Positions 25,840-37,496 of a stretch of DNA of 64,000 nucleotides are shown here, in pieces. The notes under the pieces were generated by a model that was not told the DNA's origin, did not search any database, and worked only from the letters and a program-made list of their open reading frames with translations. Source of the DNA: Curvularia clavata (lineage: Eukaryota); contig CP089276.1 in NCBI GenBank assembly GCA_023920165.1, positions 3,596,001 to 3,660,000 of the forward strand, written 5' to 3'. Position 1 is the stretch's first letter; each line of letters opens with the position of its first letter. The translations under genes were made by a program, and so were the position numbers.

Positions 25840-28335
25840 TTATTCGTTGTAATAGGAGCTGGTATTGGCGCGTTGACGCAGAGGTCGCTGGCCCGCACTC
25901 CGTTCCACACGAGTCTCTCGGATGACTTGGCTGTCGCGCCTCCTGCGGGGGCGTGAACTACTCTCGGTCATCTCCTCGGCCTGTCTCCGTGGTTGTCTGA
26001 GAGCTAGTGCCTTTCTGTCGTCTGCATTGCTGCCTCGGTCACTGCTGTGGTAGGCAGTTTCGCGGCCTCCGCTGATGACCAGATCAGCCATGCCATTCTC
26101 AGCTGGGATCATTCGCAGGGTGCGGCCCTCCATGTCGCCGTTGAACTGCAAGCTGAGTGGGGCGTTGGCATCAACGCGGAGGCGAATCTCGTTGTTCTCG
26201 TTGGTAATGGCGGTGCGATTGCTTCGGCTCCGTTCGCTGCCAGAGGAGCCGGAGTGGGAAGGCATAGAAATGGTTCGTGAATGCCGGGCGGCGTTGTGAA
26301 TATGGTCGTTCAGGGGTTCACCAGCACCACGCCGAGCACTGATGTACTCTTCGGCTTCGTTCTCGATGCGCTTGGTCTTGCGCTCGAGCTTGCGCTCCTT
26401 GCCCTTGCCATTGCCAGCGTCAGTAGGACGGCGGCGTCGGGCTTGAGGTGGAGGAGGTACTGGTGCTTCTGGAAGGAACTGCTCCTCATCAGACTCTTCG
26501 GAGTCAGACTCGTCCTCGCTGTAAAACTCTGGAGGTTCTCGGTAGTATTGTTTAGAGTTTCGGTTCGCACGCTTCCGCTCACGCTCAGCAATCTCAGCCT
26601 GTTCAGCCTGGTATCGGGCTTCTTCTTCAGCTCTCTTGGCCTCTGCACGAGCTAGAGCCCTAGCCTTCTTTGCAGCGGCTTCAGATCGCTCTGCTGCCCG
26701 CCTGTCATCAGGATGGTATACCTGCTCGTAGACCTGGCCCGAACGGCGTCGTTCAGCTTTGATAGATTTGGCCACGACCATCTGGCCACGATGGTCAGGA
26801 TAGTCGGATTGCACATGACGAGGGGGAGCAGGTCGGCTGACTGATGCACGGCGGGAAAGGTCTTCACTGGGCCTGGAAGCACGCTTCCGGCGAGGTTCCT
26901 CGATGACAAGAGACTGGGGCTGGGACTGAGAGAGCGACATGCGGCGGGCAGCACGCTCGTCGACCACTTGGCTGGTGTTGGCATGGCGGATGGGTGGGCG
27001 CGGCTGTTTCTTGCTTGTCGACTTTGACTTTGTCCGCTCCAGCTTTGGGGGTGCCATGAGTGCACGCTGGTTGCGTGGGTCGCTGGGATCGGGCTGTTGG
27101 TAGTAGTGATCGTCGTCATCGGATGAGCCGGTCTCGGACTCGCTCTCACTCTCGTAAGCCTGGTCTTGGAGAGCCAATGGTTGTGGGAACCTGGCCTGAA
27201 CAGCGCTCTGGGGCTGATTGTACCTTGCCGAGTACTGTTGATCACGAGGGAACTGGGTGACGACTGGGGCGGGTCCATTGCGGGCGGAGTTCATGCGAGC
27301 AGGCATGCCAGGCCTTTGTGGGCCATCGAAGGGTGGAGGTGTGTGAGTGTAATATGGGGCAGGGTAGCCCTGAGGTGCACCATAGGGAGGCATGCCACCG
27401 GCGTGGTACTGGGGCATATTGCGCCATGCAGCAGAGTTGGAGAGAGGCGGGCCATGCTCCTGGGGCGGGCTGGGATAAGGGGCAGGCATGCCGCCCTGGG
27501 CCCAGTATTGAGGGTTGGGCTCTCCGCCGTAGCTCATGGGGCGCGGACGAGAGGCTGAAGGGCGACGCGGGGCTTTGGCAGGCTGGATGATGGCGGACTC
27601 TTGCCTGTAAGCGGCAGGTCGGCGGGCTTGGTTGGGTGAGGGGGGTGATGGGTAGTATGTGGCCGGGTCGGAACGCATGGAGCGTGTGTCGGCAGCAGAG
27701 ACACGGTCGACGTCGCGCGCAGACTGGGTAGGCTTGATGCCAGGCCTAGCAAGTCGTGCGGGGATGGCGTTGGGCGGGCACGAGGTACACTTGGGGTCGG
27801 TGCATTCGGAGTCGACTCTGCTGTCACGGCGGGTGCGTTCTGGCGGACGGGCGTCCTGGGTGACGGTGGGCCTGCGCTGCTTGACGACAGGCTTGGACGA
27901 CGACTGCGAGGTGGTGCGCGAGGACAGCTTGGGTCGGGACTGGTCCGACTGGGTGAGGCGTCTGGACGTCTTTGGCGGCGGGGGTGGTTGCTGTTGGGGC
28001 TGTGGTGGAGGAGGTGCCTGAGGATGGGCAGCAACAGCAGCAGCTTGGGGAGCGGGAGGCGAGGGAGCAGCAGGCGGGCTGCGCTGGGACGAAGCACTTT
28101 GAGCAGAATTAGTGCTGCTCACGGTGGCGGCGGTGTAGCTGCTGTACCCTGAGTCGGAGCGAAGGTCCTGAGGCGCGGGCGGCTTTTCTTTATTCAAGTC
28201 GGAGGCCTGGGAGCGCTTGGTGGAGACGTTGGCAGCATTGGGCGAGGCGCGGCCCCGGAACTCGACGTGGCCTTGGTCGCTCTGGTCGGAATCATAGTCC
28301 TCGCAGGTGGGCTGCAGATCCTGTGCGCTCGCCAT
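25840..28335 (-). CDS. Large intrinsically disordered Pro/Ser/Arg-rich protein (831 aa, single exon)
   Basis: Long ORF with coding-type codon bias. It has a small CTDPKCTSC motif, a charged coiled-coil, and a short ordered-looking C-terminal segment (IRLRVDANAPLSLQFNGDMEGRTLRM). Confidence 0.85.
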   Translation of the reverse strand: MASAQDLQPTCEDYDSDQSDQGHVEFRGRASPNAANVSTKRSQASDLNKEKPPAPQDLRSDSGYSSYTAATVSSTNSAQSASSQRSPPAAPSPPAPQAAAVAAHPQAPPPPQPQQQPPPPPKTSRRLTQSDQSRPKLSSRTTSQSSSKPVVKQRRPTVTQDARPPERTRRDSRVDSECTDPKCTSCPPNAIPARLARPGIKPTQSARDVDRVSAADTRSMRSDPATYYPSPPSPNQARRPAAYRQESAIIQPAKAPRRPSASRPRPMSYGGEPNPQYWAQGGMPAPYPSPPQEHGPPLSNSAAWRNMPQYHAGGMPPYGAPQGYPAPYYTHTPPPFDGPQRPGMPARMNSARNGPAPVVTQFPRDQQYSARYNQPQSAVQARFPQPLALQDQAYESESESETGSSDDDDHYYQQPDPSDPRNQRALMAPPKLERTKSKSTSKKQPRPPIRHANTSQVVDERAARRMSLSQSQPQSLVIEEPRRKRASRPSEDLSRRASVSRPAPPRHVQSDYPDHRGQMVVAKSIKAERRRSGQVYEQVYHPDDRRAAERSEAAAKKARALARAEAKRAEEEARYQAEQAEIAERERKRANRNSKQYYREPPEFYSEDESDSEESDEEQFLPEAPVPPPPQARRRRPTDAGNGKGKERKLERKTKRIENEAEEYISARRGAGEPLNDHIHNAARHSRTISMPSHSGSSGSERSRSNRTAITNENNEIRLRVDANAPLSLQFNGDMEGRTLRMIPAENGMADLVISGGRETAYHSSDRGSNADDRKALALRQPRRQAEEMTESSSRPRRRRDSQVIRETRVERSAGQRPLRQRANTSSYYNE

Positions 28336-31300
28336 GTCGGCAGCAGCAGCGGGGGCAGTGGCAGCGGCAGAGGAGGGAATAAATTTTGGAGGTGAGTTGG
28401 GCAGCGCGGGACAAAACTAGAGAAGCAAGGAGGAGTCGGCAAAATATCTAGCGGCACCAGGGCTGGCTATCGATAGCAGCAGCAGCAGCAGCGTCGCGGG
28501 GCGATCCTGGACAGTTCAGACGAGGCGTGGGGAGGGCATGGTCAGCGTGGGCAGCGGGATGAAGGGGGGCGGTCGACGACCAGTGCTCGACATGTGGATG
28601 GGAATGTAGGCAGATGTAGGTAGGTGTAGGTGTAGGTGTGAGGGTGCGGGCGAGGGAAAAAAAGGGAAAACAAAGACGGGGGCAGGGCTTTGGGGCCCGG
28701 GGGGCGCGAGGATATGCGAGACAGCGCTGGTGCAGGCAGAGTATGACGGGCAAGCCTGTTGGTGTGCAGCAGACAGACAGAATGACAGACGGACAGGGAG
28801 GAAACTTTTCCCCGCCCGCCCGTAAAATTTCAAAACGGCGTGGTACTCTATGCGGCGTCTGCCCTATCGAGGACGTCGCTTTGGGTTGGGCGCACACTGC
28901 TGCGCGTCGGTGCCCAGTCGCATCTCTACGGCCGTGGTGGCAAGCTGCGCTGCGCTGCGCTGCACTGCGCCAGTCTTTTTGATTGATGCGTTGCATGCAT
29001 GCACGCCTCCAGCCGCCCTGCCTCGTTGCCCATTACGACGTGATGGCGTGGCGACGTAATCCGCCATGGCTACGTGCTGTAGGTTGTCTGTACGTGTATA
29101 CACACACACTCAGTGTCTGTCCGAGGCCGGCAGTCGGTCGAGTTGCTGTTGTCGTCTTCTTTGCTACAACACCACAGCCCGTAGTAGCCATGCCGTGCCA
29201 TTGGCTGCTTCAGATGCGCAACATGCGGCAGCAAAGCGAGCTGAAACCGGGATTGCCCGGCCGTGGCCATGCGAGCCGTTCGCTGCTGAGACGTCCTTTC
29301 ACCGCTCCCACGCCCACGCCCACGCCCACTCAGTCGAGTCGAGTCGACCAGAGCAGACCAGAGCACAGCATCAACGGCGCCTGCTGGCGGCCTGCTGATC
29401 ATCTCGCCTTCGTCTCGTCTCGTCTCGTCCCGCCCAGCGCTTGCCCAACCCTGGCCTCGCCCATGTTTTCCATCCAACATGCATTCTCAAACACGGCCTC
29501 GCGGTGAACGGTTGCAGGGCGCATTCCTAGCTCCATGGCCGTCTTTTTCTCGTCGTCGCGTTTTTTCTTTTCTTGGGCCATGCTTGCGCACGCCCATTTC
29601 ACGTCATTTCACTCGTCTCTGCGTCCTGTTTGATTGCAGCTAACCTCATTCCTCCTGGCTCCGCCACGTCAATCGTGCCTTCCATGCAGGAACAGCAAAG
29701 CACCCTCGGTGCCATGGGCCTTCATTAACCTCGCCCAACGCCGTGCCAGACATGTGTCCTCTCTGCCCGCACTCAGTTTCCGGCCTCGAGTCTGGCTCCA
29801 GCATAGCATCACATCACGGCTGCCGTCTGCGCCGTGTCGTCGACTAGCGCACGCGGCCTCGCCAGACTGCCCATCCGTGTAACCCCCGTCGTCGAATCAC
29901 GGCAGCCCGCACCTTCCATCACGCGGCTCGTCAAGCCATGCTTACTTAGCCTAGCCTACACTACCCCACCAGCCTTCCGGTGAACAGATGCACCACCTCG
30001 CCCTACCCATATCCCAACAAAGCTCGCCACCAGTGCCGTAATTGCAACAAACCCCTCTTCTCTTCTCCCTCGTCGACATCGCAATCTACCCTCCTCTCCG
30101 CCGCTTCCCCAGTGCCGCTTCCCCGTCGACCGTTTGCTGACTTGCCACCGTCCTTGCCGTGCGTGTCCTGAGCATCATGGAAATGTTGTACAGCCCTCCA
30201 TGTCGGCTACTCTGGTTACCTAGCCGCCTTGGCGTCTTTTCGTCTCTTGCTGTGATCCCAAGTAGCGCCCCCGTCTGGCCATTGACAGGCGGCTGCTGAC
30301 CCAATGCTCCTACACCATTAGATAGCATCGTCGTGACCAGCTACCCCACCATATTCACATGACACTTCCCACTGACAATTTCAGTAGATTGTGTCACCAT
30401 CGTGAGGTTGGCCTGTTTCATCGTGTCAATTGCCTGAGGACAATACAATTCGGTCTTTATCGCTATCACTCGCAATGCTGTCGGCCGACATGGGCGCCAT
30501 ATGCCATGCGTGACGCACCCATCATGTGCATCCTGGCCAAGACCTTCCCAAAAGGGAAACCGTGTAAACAGTGCTCGCAGTGCTTTGCCAACCAGCCTCG
30601 ACAGTTCCAGCAACCCGGATGCATCTCGTCGGAAAACCATTAGAATGTCGAATTGAATTTCAAGAGTACTCAAAATCCACTTCGCCACTCTACTACCTAT
30701 TACTACACTTCCAGCCGTTGGGCTAGCGCGGGGGGTGGAGGAACACGTGGGACGCTCGCTAAGATCCGCCCACCACCCATTTATCCTCCACTTCCCACAT
30801 CCCAAAAAGAATCGTGTTTGGAAAAAAAATTTATCAAACACTGTTCCTTTCACTCGCGCTATCCAGCTTCTGCAGCCTGCCTGCAATTCCTCTCTACACT
30901 GCGCTCCGCCAAGTGTGACTCACATCCCTCCACCAGGTCACTTTTGTCTCAGCATTGGCGGCCTTCGCTGCCCAAAGACATCCCGATTGGGCTGCTGTTC
31001 ACACGCTTGCGGCTCATGGCTGCCCTACAGACCCACATTTTGGCCTCATCTGCCATGCATTTGCGGCTCGGATACCCAAGCGACCCACCCGGGCGGCTAT
31101 GCTGAGCAAAATTCCACCTCTTTTCTTCTACCGTACTGGTACCACGCGACAGACCAACGTACTTTGTAGTCTCAACAAACCGAGCATGATACCGAATCCA
31201 ATCTGCCAATCGGGCTGCCACCAAAAGTGATGTGCTACTGAGCCGTCTTTCTTAGCTTCTTGGTCAAGTGAGCCGCATGACATACTATAGTGGTCATTGA

Positions 31301-31990
31301 CTCATTCTTCCCACCTGCCTACCGACCTGGTCTTTCCGCAGCCTGCGCTAACTTGGCACTTGGGCTCCTCCAGACAACCACTCCATGGGGACACCCTAGT
31401 GGCGTTCTTGCAAGCAGCCACCAGCCTTGTTTTGAGAGTCATGTATACATGGCAACTCAGCCCTGTGACGTACCTTTTTCGCTAAGCTTTCTTTGTCTTG
31501 GGCCGAAGTTTCCGATGCGAGACGTATACCTGTGTCGTACGCGGTGTATGCATATGCAGAGCATTGCCTTGATATTTTTGATAGGCTAATAACGTGTGGT
31601 GTTGGTCTGATTAGAATAATCAGGTGACTAGCTTTGATTCTTTTGTTCGAGGATGGAGTTGAGTCAAGTACAGTGTGTGTGTGTGAGTAGGTGATGTACT
31701 ACTGGCGTAGTGACTTTGTACTTGTTACTGAGCAATGATATAGAGAATCATCGATAGTGGATAATCACACTAGACACCAATCAAAGGACTTACCACATTC
31801 CCGTTCAGTGTACGTTATTACATCACAAAGCTCATACCACAAGGCACTGAACATCAAGAACGAATATGTATGTTGACCAATATATACAGCCAGAAGAAAG
31901 AATATACACCAAGTTAAGCCTCCACGTCCTCCTTATGTACTTCATTTCCATGCAGTCACACCTTTGCAATCCCTACCGCACGCTTCCCAC

Positions 31991-33622
31991 TTATACACTC
32001 TTCAACTCAAAACTCTTGACAGTAACTGCGCCGCCCAAACTCTGCGTCGCAAAGTTAAAAACACCAAACCTATACCCCGTGAAAAACTGCCATGTATTGG
32101 CCAACCCAAACGCCGGTCCCAACTGCTTGAACTCCTTTCCATCCGTACTGTACGAAAAGGTCGCCTGGCGCGCCGTGTTGGTTCCAAACGCCGGTGTGAT
32201 ATCCGCCGTGACCCTGAGCCAGAGGTCGGTGGTGCCAGCGGGGATCGAGGGACCGGTGGCGGCCACGCTGCCAGTCGACTTTGTGCTCCAGTCGGTGTTA
32301 AGGGCGAGGTTGTTGACCATGACGAGCGAGGCCGTGGAGCCGGACTTGTGGATACCAATGTAGGCGGCTGTGTCGCGGAAGAGGACAGCGCCCGCGCGGT
32401 CGCCGCTCGACATGCTGCTGATGTCGAGGCGGAAGGTACCGCTGGATTTGGGGCCCAGGATCCGGTGCGTCAGTGTGTTACGCGCACCGTACAGGTCGTT
32501 GGTGACGGTTGCAGTGGACAGTTTGAGACCCCCGGCGCCGCCGACGAGAGAGAATTTACTAGTGTCTGGGTTGTGGTTCCATTCCCACGCTGGGCCGAGC
32601 GAAGATCCTGTGAAGCTGTCGGTGCCCGTGAGCGGAGGAACCGTCTTGCTAGTTGTAACTGGCGATGGGTACGACTGGCCCCAGGCATTGTTCACCTTTA
32701 CAACTTGCGGCCAGCCGTCGCTGGTGAAAGTCAAAGGTGCTAGGACGGGGATGCGGCCGCCGGGGTACGAGTCCAGGAAAGCCATGTAGTACCATTTTCC
32801 GTCTTTGGTATCAACGACACCACCTTGATGAGCTCGGCCAGCGTTAGAGAGCGGGCCGTTGATGCTGCTGACAAGGATCTTGGCTTCGTAGGGTCCAAAG
32901 GGTGATTTGGATTTCAGTACCCATTCATCCGTGGCGGGCTTGGTCGAGAAAATGTAGTACCACCCGTTGATCTTGTACATGCGCGAGCCTTCGAGGGTTA
33001 TGCCGCTGGGGTCTTTGTAGACCTCTTGGTTCTTGACTTCGGCCGTTCCGTCCTTGTTGAGTTGGGCGACGCGGATTGCTGGGTTGCCGTACACCACGTA
33101 CATGGTATCGTCGTCATCGATGAAGATGCCATTGTCGTAGTAGCACTTGGGGATTGTACCAGCTGCAGACCAGTTCCAGCTTGAGACCTCGCCGTTGTTG
33201 GCTGCGGCGTTTTGGCCGGGGGCGGTCCAGATGTACGTCTGGCCGGTCGACTGGACACAGCCCATCCAAATGAACTTGTCGCTCGACTTGCGGTACCGCA
33301 GCGAACTGGCCCAGATGCCCTTGACATAGGCTCGCGAGCTTGGGTTTGGCATATTGTAAATATCTGCAAAGTTGAGTTTTGGCACGCTGTGGGATACCGG
33401 GGTCCAGTTGACGAGATCATAGGACTTGAGAATCGGCGCTCCAGGCGAAAAGGCAAACGTCGACGAAGAATAGTAGTACACATCTCCAATACGGATCACA
33501 TCCAGGTCAGGATAGTCTTCCCAAAGAATGGGGTTGTTGAAGGTCCCGGCGCGGCTCGTGAGCGCCGCTCCCAGCGACGAGCCCAAAAAGAGAGAAAACA
33601 CAGATATCGTGGAAACGCGCAT
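31991..33622 (-). CDS. Secreted glycoside hydrolase family 43 (beta-xylosidase/arabinofuranosidase type) with C-terminal beta-sandwich
   Basis: Signal peptide MRVSTISVFSLFLGSSLG. GH43 motifs NPILWEDYPDLD, ILKSYDLVNW, GIWASS, LEGSRMYKINGWYY, HQGG, GRIPVL and WEWNHNP. Confidence 0.95.
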   Translation of the reverse strand: MRVSTISVFSLFLGSSLGAALTSRAGTFNNPILWEDYPDLDVIRIGDVYYYSSSTFAFSPGAPILKSYDLVNWTPVSHSVPKLNFADIYNMPNPSSRAYVKGIWASSLRYRKSSDKFIWMGCVQSTGQTYIWTAPGQNAAANNGEVSSWNWSAAGTIPKCYYDNGIFIDDDDTMYVVYGNPAIRVAQLNKDGTAEVKNQEVYKDPSGITLEGSRMYKINGWYYIFSTKPATDEWVLKSKSPFGPYEAKILVSSINGPLSNAGRAHQGGVVDTKDGKWYYMAFLDSYPGGRIPVLAPLTFTSDGWPQVVKVNNAWGQSYPSPVTTSKTVPPLTGTDSFTGSSLGPAWEWNHNPDTSKFSLVGGAGGLKLSTATVTNDLYGARNTLTHRILGPKSSGTFRLDISSMSSGDRAGAVLFRDTAAYIGIHKSGSTASLVMVNNLALNTDWSTKSTGSVAATGPSIPAGTTDLWLRVTADITPAFGTNTARQATFSYSTDGKEFKQLGPAFGLANTWQFFTGYRFGVFNFATQSLGGAVTVKSFELKSV

Positions 33623-34672
33623 ATTGTCGAAACTGAAGAGAATGACCACTCGTCGACAGGTCCATCAGGGACCTTCGCTTGTTTTATCATGGCCGGCTGC
33701 TAGGTAATTACACGTCTAAATTTCTCCACATGGCCCTGAATCTAAACCCCCGAACGAACACATCAAAGCACGGGGTAGCCGCACTCCACGTATGGGATTG
33801 AGAGAAGGGCCTCGACGCGCGCCTGGTCATTGGTGCAGCACGGGTTGAAATTTCTCCGAGTCTACATAATTAGTGCCGAGCCGAATCGCTAAATGTCTGT
33901 GTCATTACCGGTGGCTATGTAGAGTACAGCCATCACCGTCCTTGGATAGTGCCGATCTGACGTCTGCATGCCGTGATGCGGGGTTGAATTAAGAGTTTCG
34001 AACAAAATGGATACGGGGGGCGATTGCCCGCACGGATGTTTGCCGCCAATCATAGCTGAGCTCCGTGTCACTCGCATCGTGCTGCCTCCTATTCCGACGA
34101 GGTAATTTCATGTTTCGACTTGCTTGTTTCAAACAAGCACTATCACTGCCGGGATGGCATTGGTCGCGCTAATACAGAGGATAGCCGTGGTGGCCTATGC
34201 ATATTTATTTGCATGGTGAGCATGATGTCTAGTGCAGACCAATGTAGGACTAGCATGCAACTGAAATTCTTCCGACTAATATGAGATTTAGATGGAACCC
34301 CAGACACCCGTGCAATGGTCGTAGTATAAACTTCAGCAAGACACTAAGACTATATTAGGCGTAAGCGCGTTACTGTCATTTGGTGTGGCGTCGAACCATT
34401 TTCTGACCAGTGGAAGAATCTAGTGCGTCGATCATTGCTGTCAGGGCAGTCGGCTGTTTTAGAAAACATCTCATTAGGAGCAGAGACGTCTTATCAAAAT
34501 GGCGCTCTGAGCGAAAGTGAAGACATGTAGGTTTTTAAGAGAAGCTAGGTTGAATTTGAAACACTAGGAAAGCGGAAATTACGAATAACACGCGAATGTC
34601 TTTGCTGAAGGCCTTTTCCCATGATGATGCTAAAAATATGGTTGTCATGTTCAGCTCGCGACACGCTGCCTC

Positions 34673-36007
34673 CTAAACCTTTGGAAGAACCTTCTTCAAC
34701 ACCTCTACCAGCCCTCTAATTTCTTCTTCAGTATTGTAGTGTACCATACTGACTCTGGTAACATAGCCCTCAGTGTCCAGCTCGAGAACTTCGTCGCACA
34801 ATCTCTTCGAGTAAAAGTGCCCCCATCGGAAACCGTACATACTCTGCGCTTCGGCATCCGCCACAATCTGCTTGCTACTTTTACCTTGAACCGTGAAAGA
34901 AATTGTGGGGACTCTGACTTTGCTATCTGCGGATGTCGAACCCAGGACCGTAACATCGGGGCGCGAGTTCAAGAAGTCCAGCAGGATGGCTTGCAACTTT
35001 CCTTCGTGCTCTGAGATAGCGGGAAATGCCCCATTGAGGTATTGGACAATGAGAGGAATCGATTGTACACACTCGTAGTTGGAGCCAGCAAATCCAATTT
35101 TGTCCTCAAGTGTCTTGGTCGGGTTGAAGTAATGTGTCATGGGCTGCATGTGCTTCTGAGCCTCATTGCTTGCGTAAAGCACGGCAATGTGAGGGCCATA
35201 GACCTAGAGGTTCGTAAGTATACATCTTGATGAGCAGATTCGATGCGGATCATACCTTGTACCAACTGAACGCGTAGAAATCAACCCCGAAATCTTTCAC
35301 ATCTATGGCGCGGTGCGGGGCATACGAAACTCCGTCCACACAGAAAAGTGCACCAACTTCATGCACCGCAGCAGCGATCGACTTGACGTCGTGTATCGTA
35401 CCCAGGATGTTGCTCACATGAGTGCAAGCAACAAACTTGACCTTGTCATTCAAGAGCGGCTTCAGATTTGCGGCTGTGAGCTGCAGTCCATCCTCCTTGC
35501 TAGAAACCCACCACTTCACAGTGAGGCCGAGACGCTCGGCCATGAAAAGCCACGGCTTGACATTGGTTTCGTGCTCCATCTTTGACAGGATGATTTCCGA
35601 CCCCGCTGGGAACTTCAGAGAGGCACTGAGATTCATAAAGAGCTGCGTAGTGGACGCTCCGAGGACTAGATGCTGTTAGAGGGTGCGGATATATGGATAT
35701 TCCAAGTTCTGTACCTATCTCATCGCGACCGGCATTCATGTACTTTGCCGCAGCCTGGTAGCCTTCCTCATACTTGGTATTCGACTGCGAGCCGGTATGG
35801 TACGAAGCACCAAGCTGAACGTTTGTCTTACTCAAATACGCCGAGATGCTTCATGTGACTTAGGCAACGTCCCCCTTCAGGTTCGTAATATACTCACGAA
35901 TCAATTACATCTCCCAGCGCCTGACTGCCTCCAGCATTATCGAGGAAGACTTGGTCTTGCTGCAGCGCTGGGAAGCGCTCACGTGCTTTGGAAATGTCGA
36001 ACGTCAT
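34673..36007 (-). CDS. PLP-dependent class V aminotransferase / cysteine desulfurase-like protein, 4 exons
   Basis: Motifs RERFPAL..VFLDNAGGSQ, EHETNVKPW, THVSNILGTIHD, VDGVSYAPH, FSWYK|VYGPH (PLP lysine) and RVSMVHYNT. Confidence 0.9.
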
Positions 36008-36646
36008 TGTAGAGGGACCGGCGATACAGTGTGAGAATCAAAGAAAACACAGAGTGGGTTATCAGAGAGGTTGATATTTGAGGTACGATAATACCTATGC
36101 TAGCCGTACGCCCTATGTACATAGTGCGGGGCTTGGCTCAATGAAGCAGGTGCTTTACTGCTACCTAGGTATGCCCCACGTAGCTTCGAAGTATCCACAT
36201 CCTCCAAATCAACAACGCCCTCCAAACCCGCAACATTCTTCGAGGCCCGCAACACCTGTGAAGATTCACAATAACTTTTAAAATTCACTCATCCTCCGAA
36301 AGCACAATGATGGAAACTCGCTTGCGGCAGATACAATGAGCCTTTCTATAGCCACTTTGCAGGAGTTTAAAGAGCACTGAGGACTCGCGGACCTAAAGAT
36401 ACCGCTTTTTGGCGATCGTGGCAACTTCAAACTCTTATCGTTGGATCTTTTTGAAATCTTGTCGATCCTGGCAATGTCCATATCAATCTAGGGGGCTTTC
36501 CGAACTGTATAGGTTTGCCGTCTCGGCTTATAAATGGGTGGTCAGTCATCGTAGAGACCCTTTCTTATTATCTAAGTACGACTCTAGCCTTTGCTGGCTC
36601 GCAAGCTTTTTCTGGGAACGGTTCTTCCAAGGAATTATCCGGATCT

Positions 36647-37376
36647 TTAAGTGATGATCAAACATGCATTCGATATTTGGAAGGTACCTTTCTTCACCTT
36701 GCGTTGCCTGAGCACGCGATGCCGATGCTCAGGTAATTGAAATATCCTCGCCCTTGAGACGGTTGGTGAATTAGGTGGGAAGCCCGATATTATCGGCTTG
36801 GTGTATATGTGTATGTAGAAGGAGTCGCTGGCCTTTAGTGAGAAGATGACATCCATAGACTGAACAAGGCCATGATCGTTGTGCCGATCAACGCGCTCTC
36901 CACCGTATGCATCCCAGAAACAGTTCTCTGCGAGGACGTATCTCGCAAGCGGTGCCTCAAGTATCACCTTATAAGTTTTGCTTAGTAATATACTTGGAGA
37001 AAAGGCGAAGTCTCTTCTGTTGGTCCTCGGGTAGCGCATCGTAATAAACGCCTATGCTCAACGTCTTAGTCTTTCTAAGGCACCTATATATTGCCGCCTT
37101 CTGGTGTGCATTCAACAGATTGGCAGGAGTCTGCTCTTCACTTTGCTCGGAATCCCAATTCACGTCGAGCTCAACAACAAGTTCGACATCGTATTTGGAA
37201 TGACGACCATCAATGTCTGGGAGGTCACCAAGCGGTATCAATCGGTTTTTGAAGCTGGACACCGGAATAGGGGTTACTTCCTCCTCAGCTGAAGAAGTTA
37301 TCGCAGCGAGACCAACATTTGGATCTATGATGCAACGTTAATTCTGCGAGACTACAAAAGTACCGGTGTACTCCAT
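36647..37376 (-). CDS. Possible lineage-specific hypothetical gene or pseudogene (structure unresolved)
   Basis: A short ATG exon and intron lead into ORF 36969..37262. An overlapping ORF (36647..37039) continues in another frame. No clean intron reconciles the two. Confidence 0.3.
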
Positions 37377-37496
37377 ATGAGTTCGTTTACATTGTTTTGT
37401 CGCTGATACTAGGATATATATCTATGCAGCAGCTACTTGTGGAGAGTCTAGTCCGTCGCATGGTCCGCTAACGTCCAAGTTTCACGGGTCACAATT

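Noticed and set aside
36651..36712. GTGATGA...CTGA as a box C/D snoRNA
   Set aside because: Too short, with no terminal stem and no recognisable rRNA guide.
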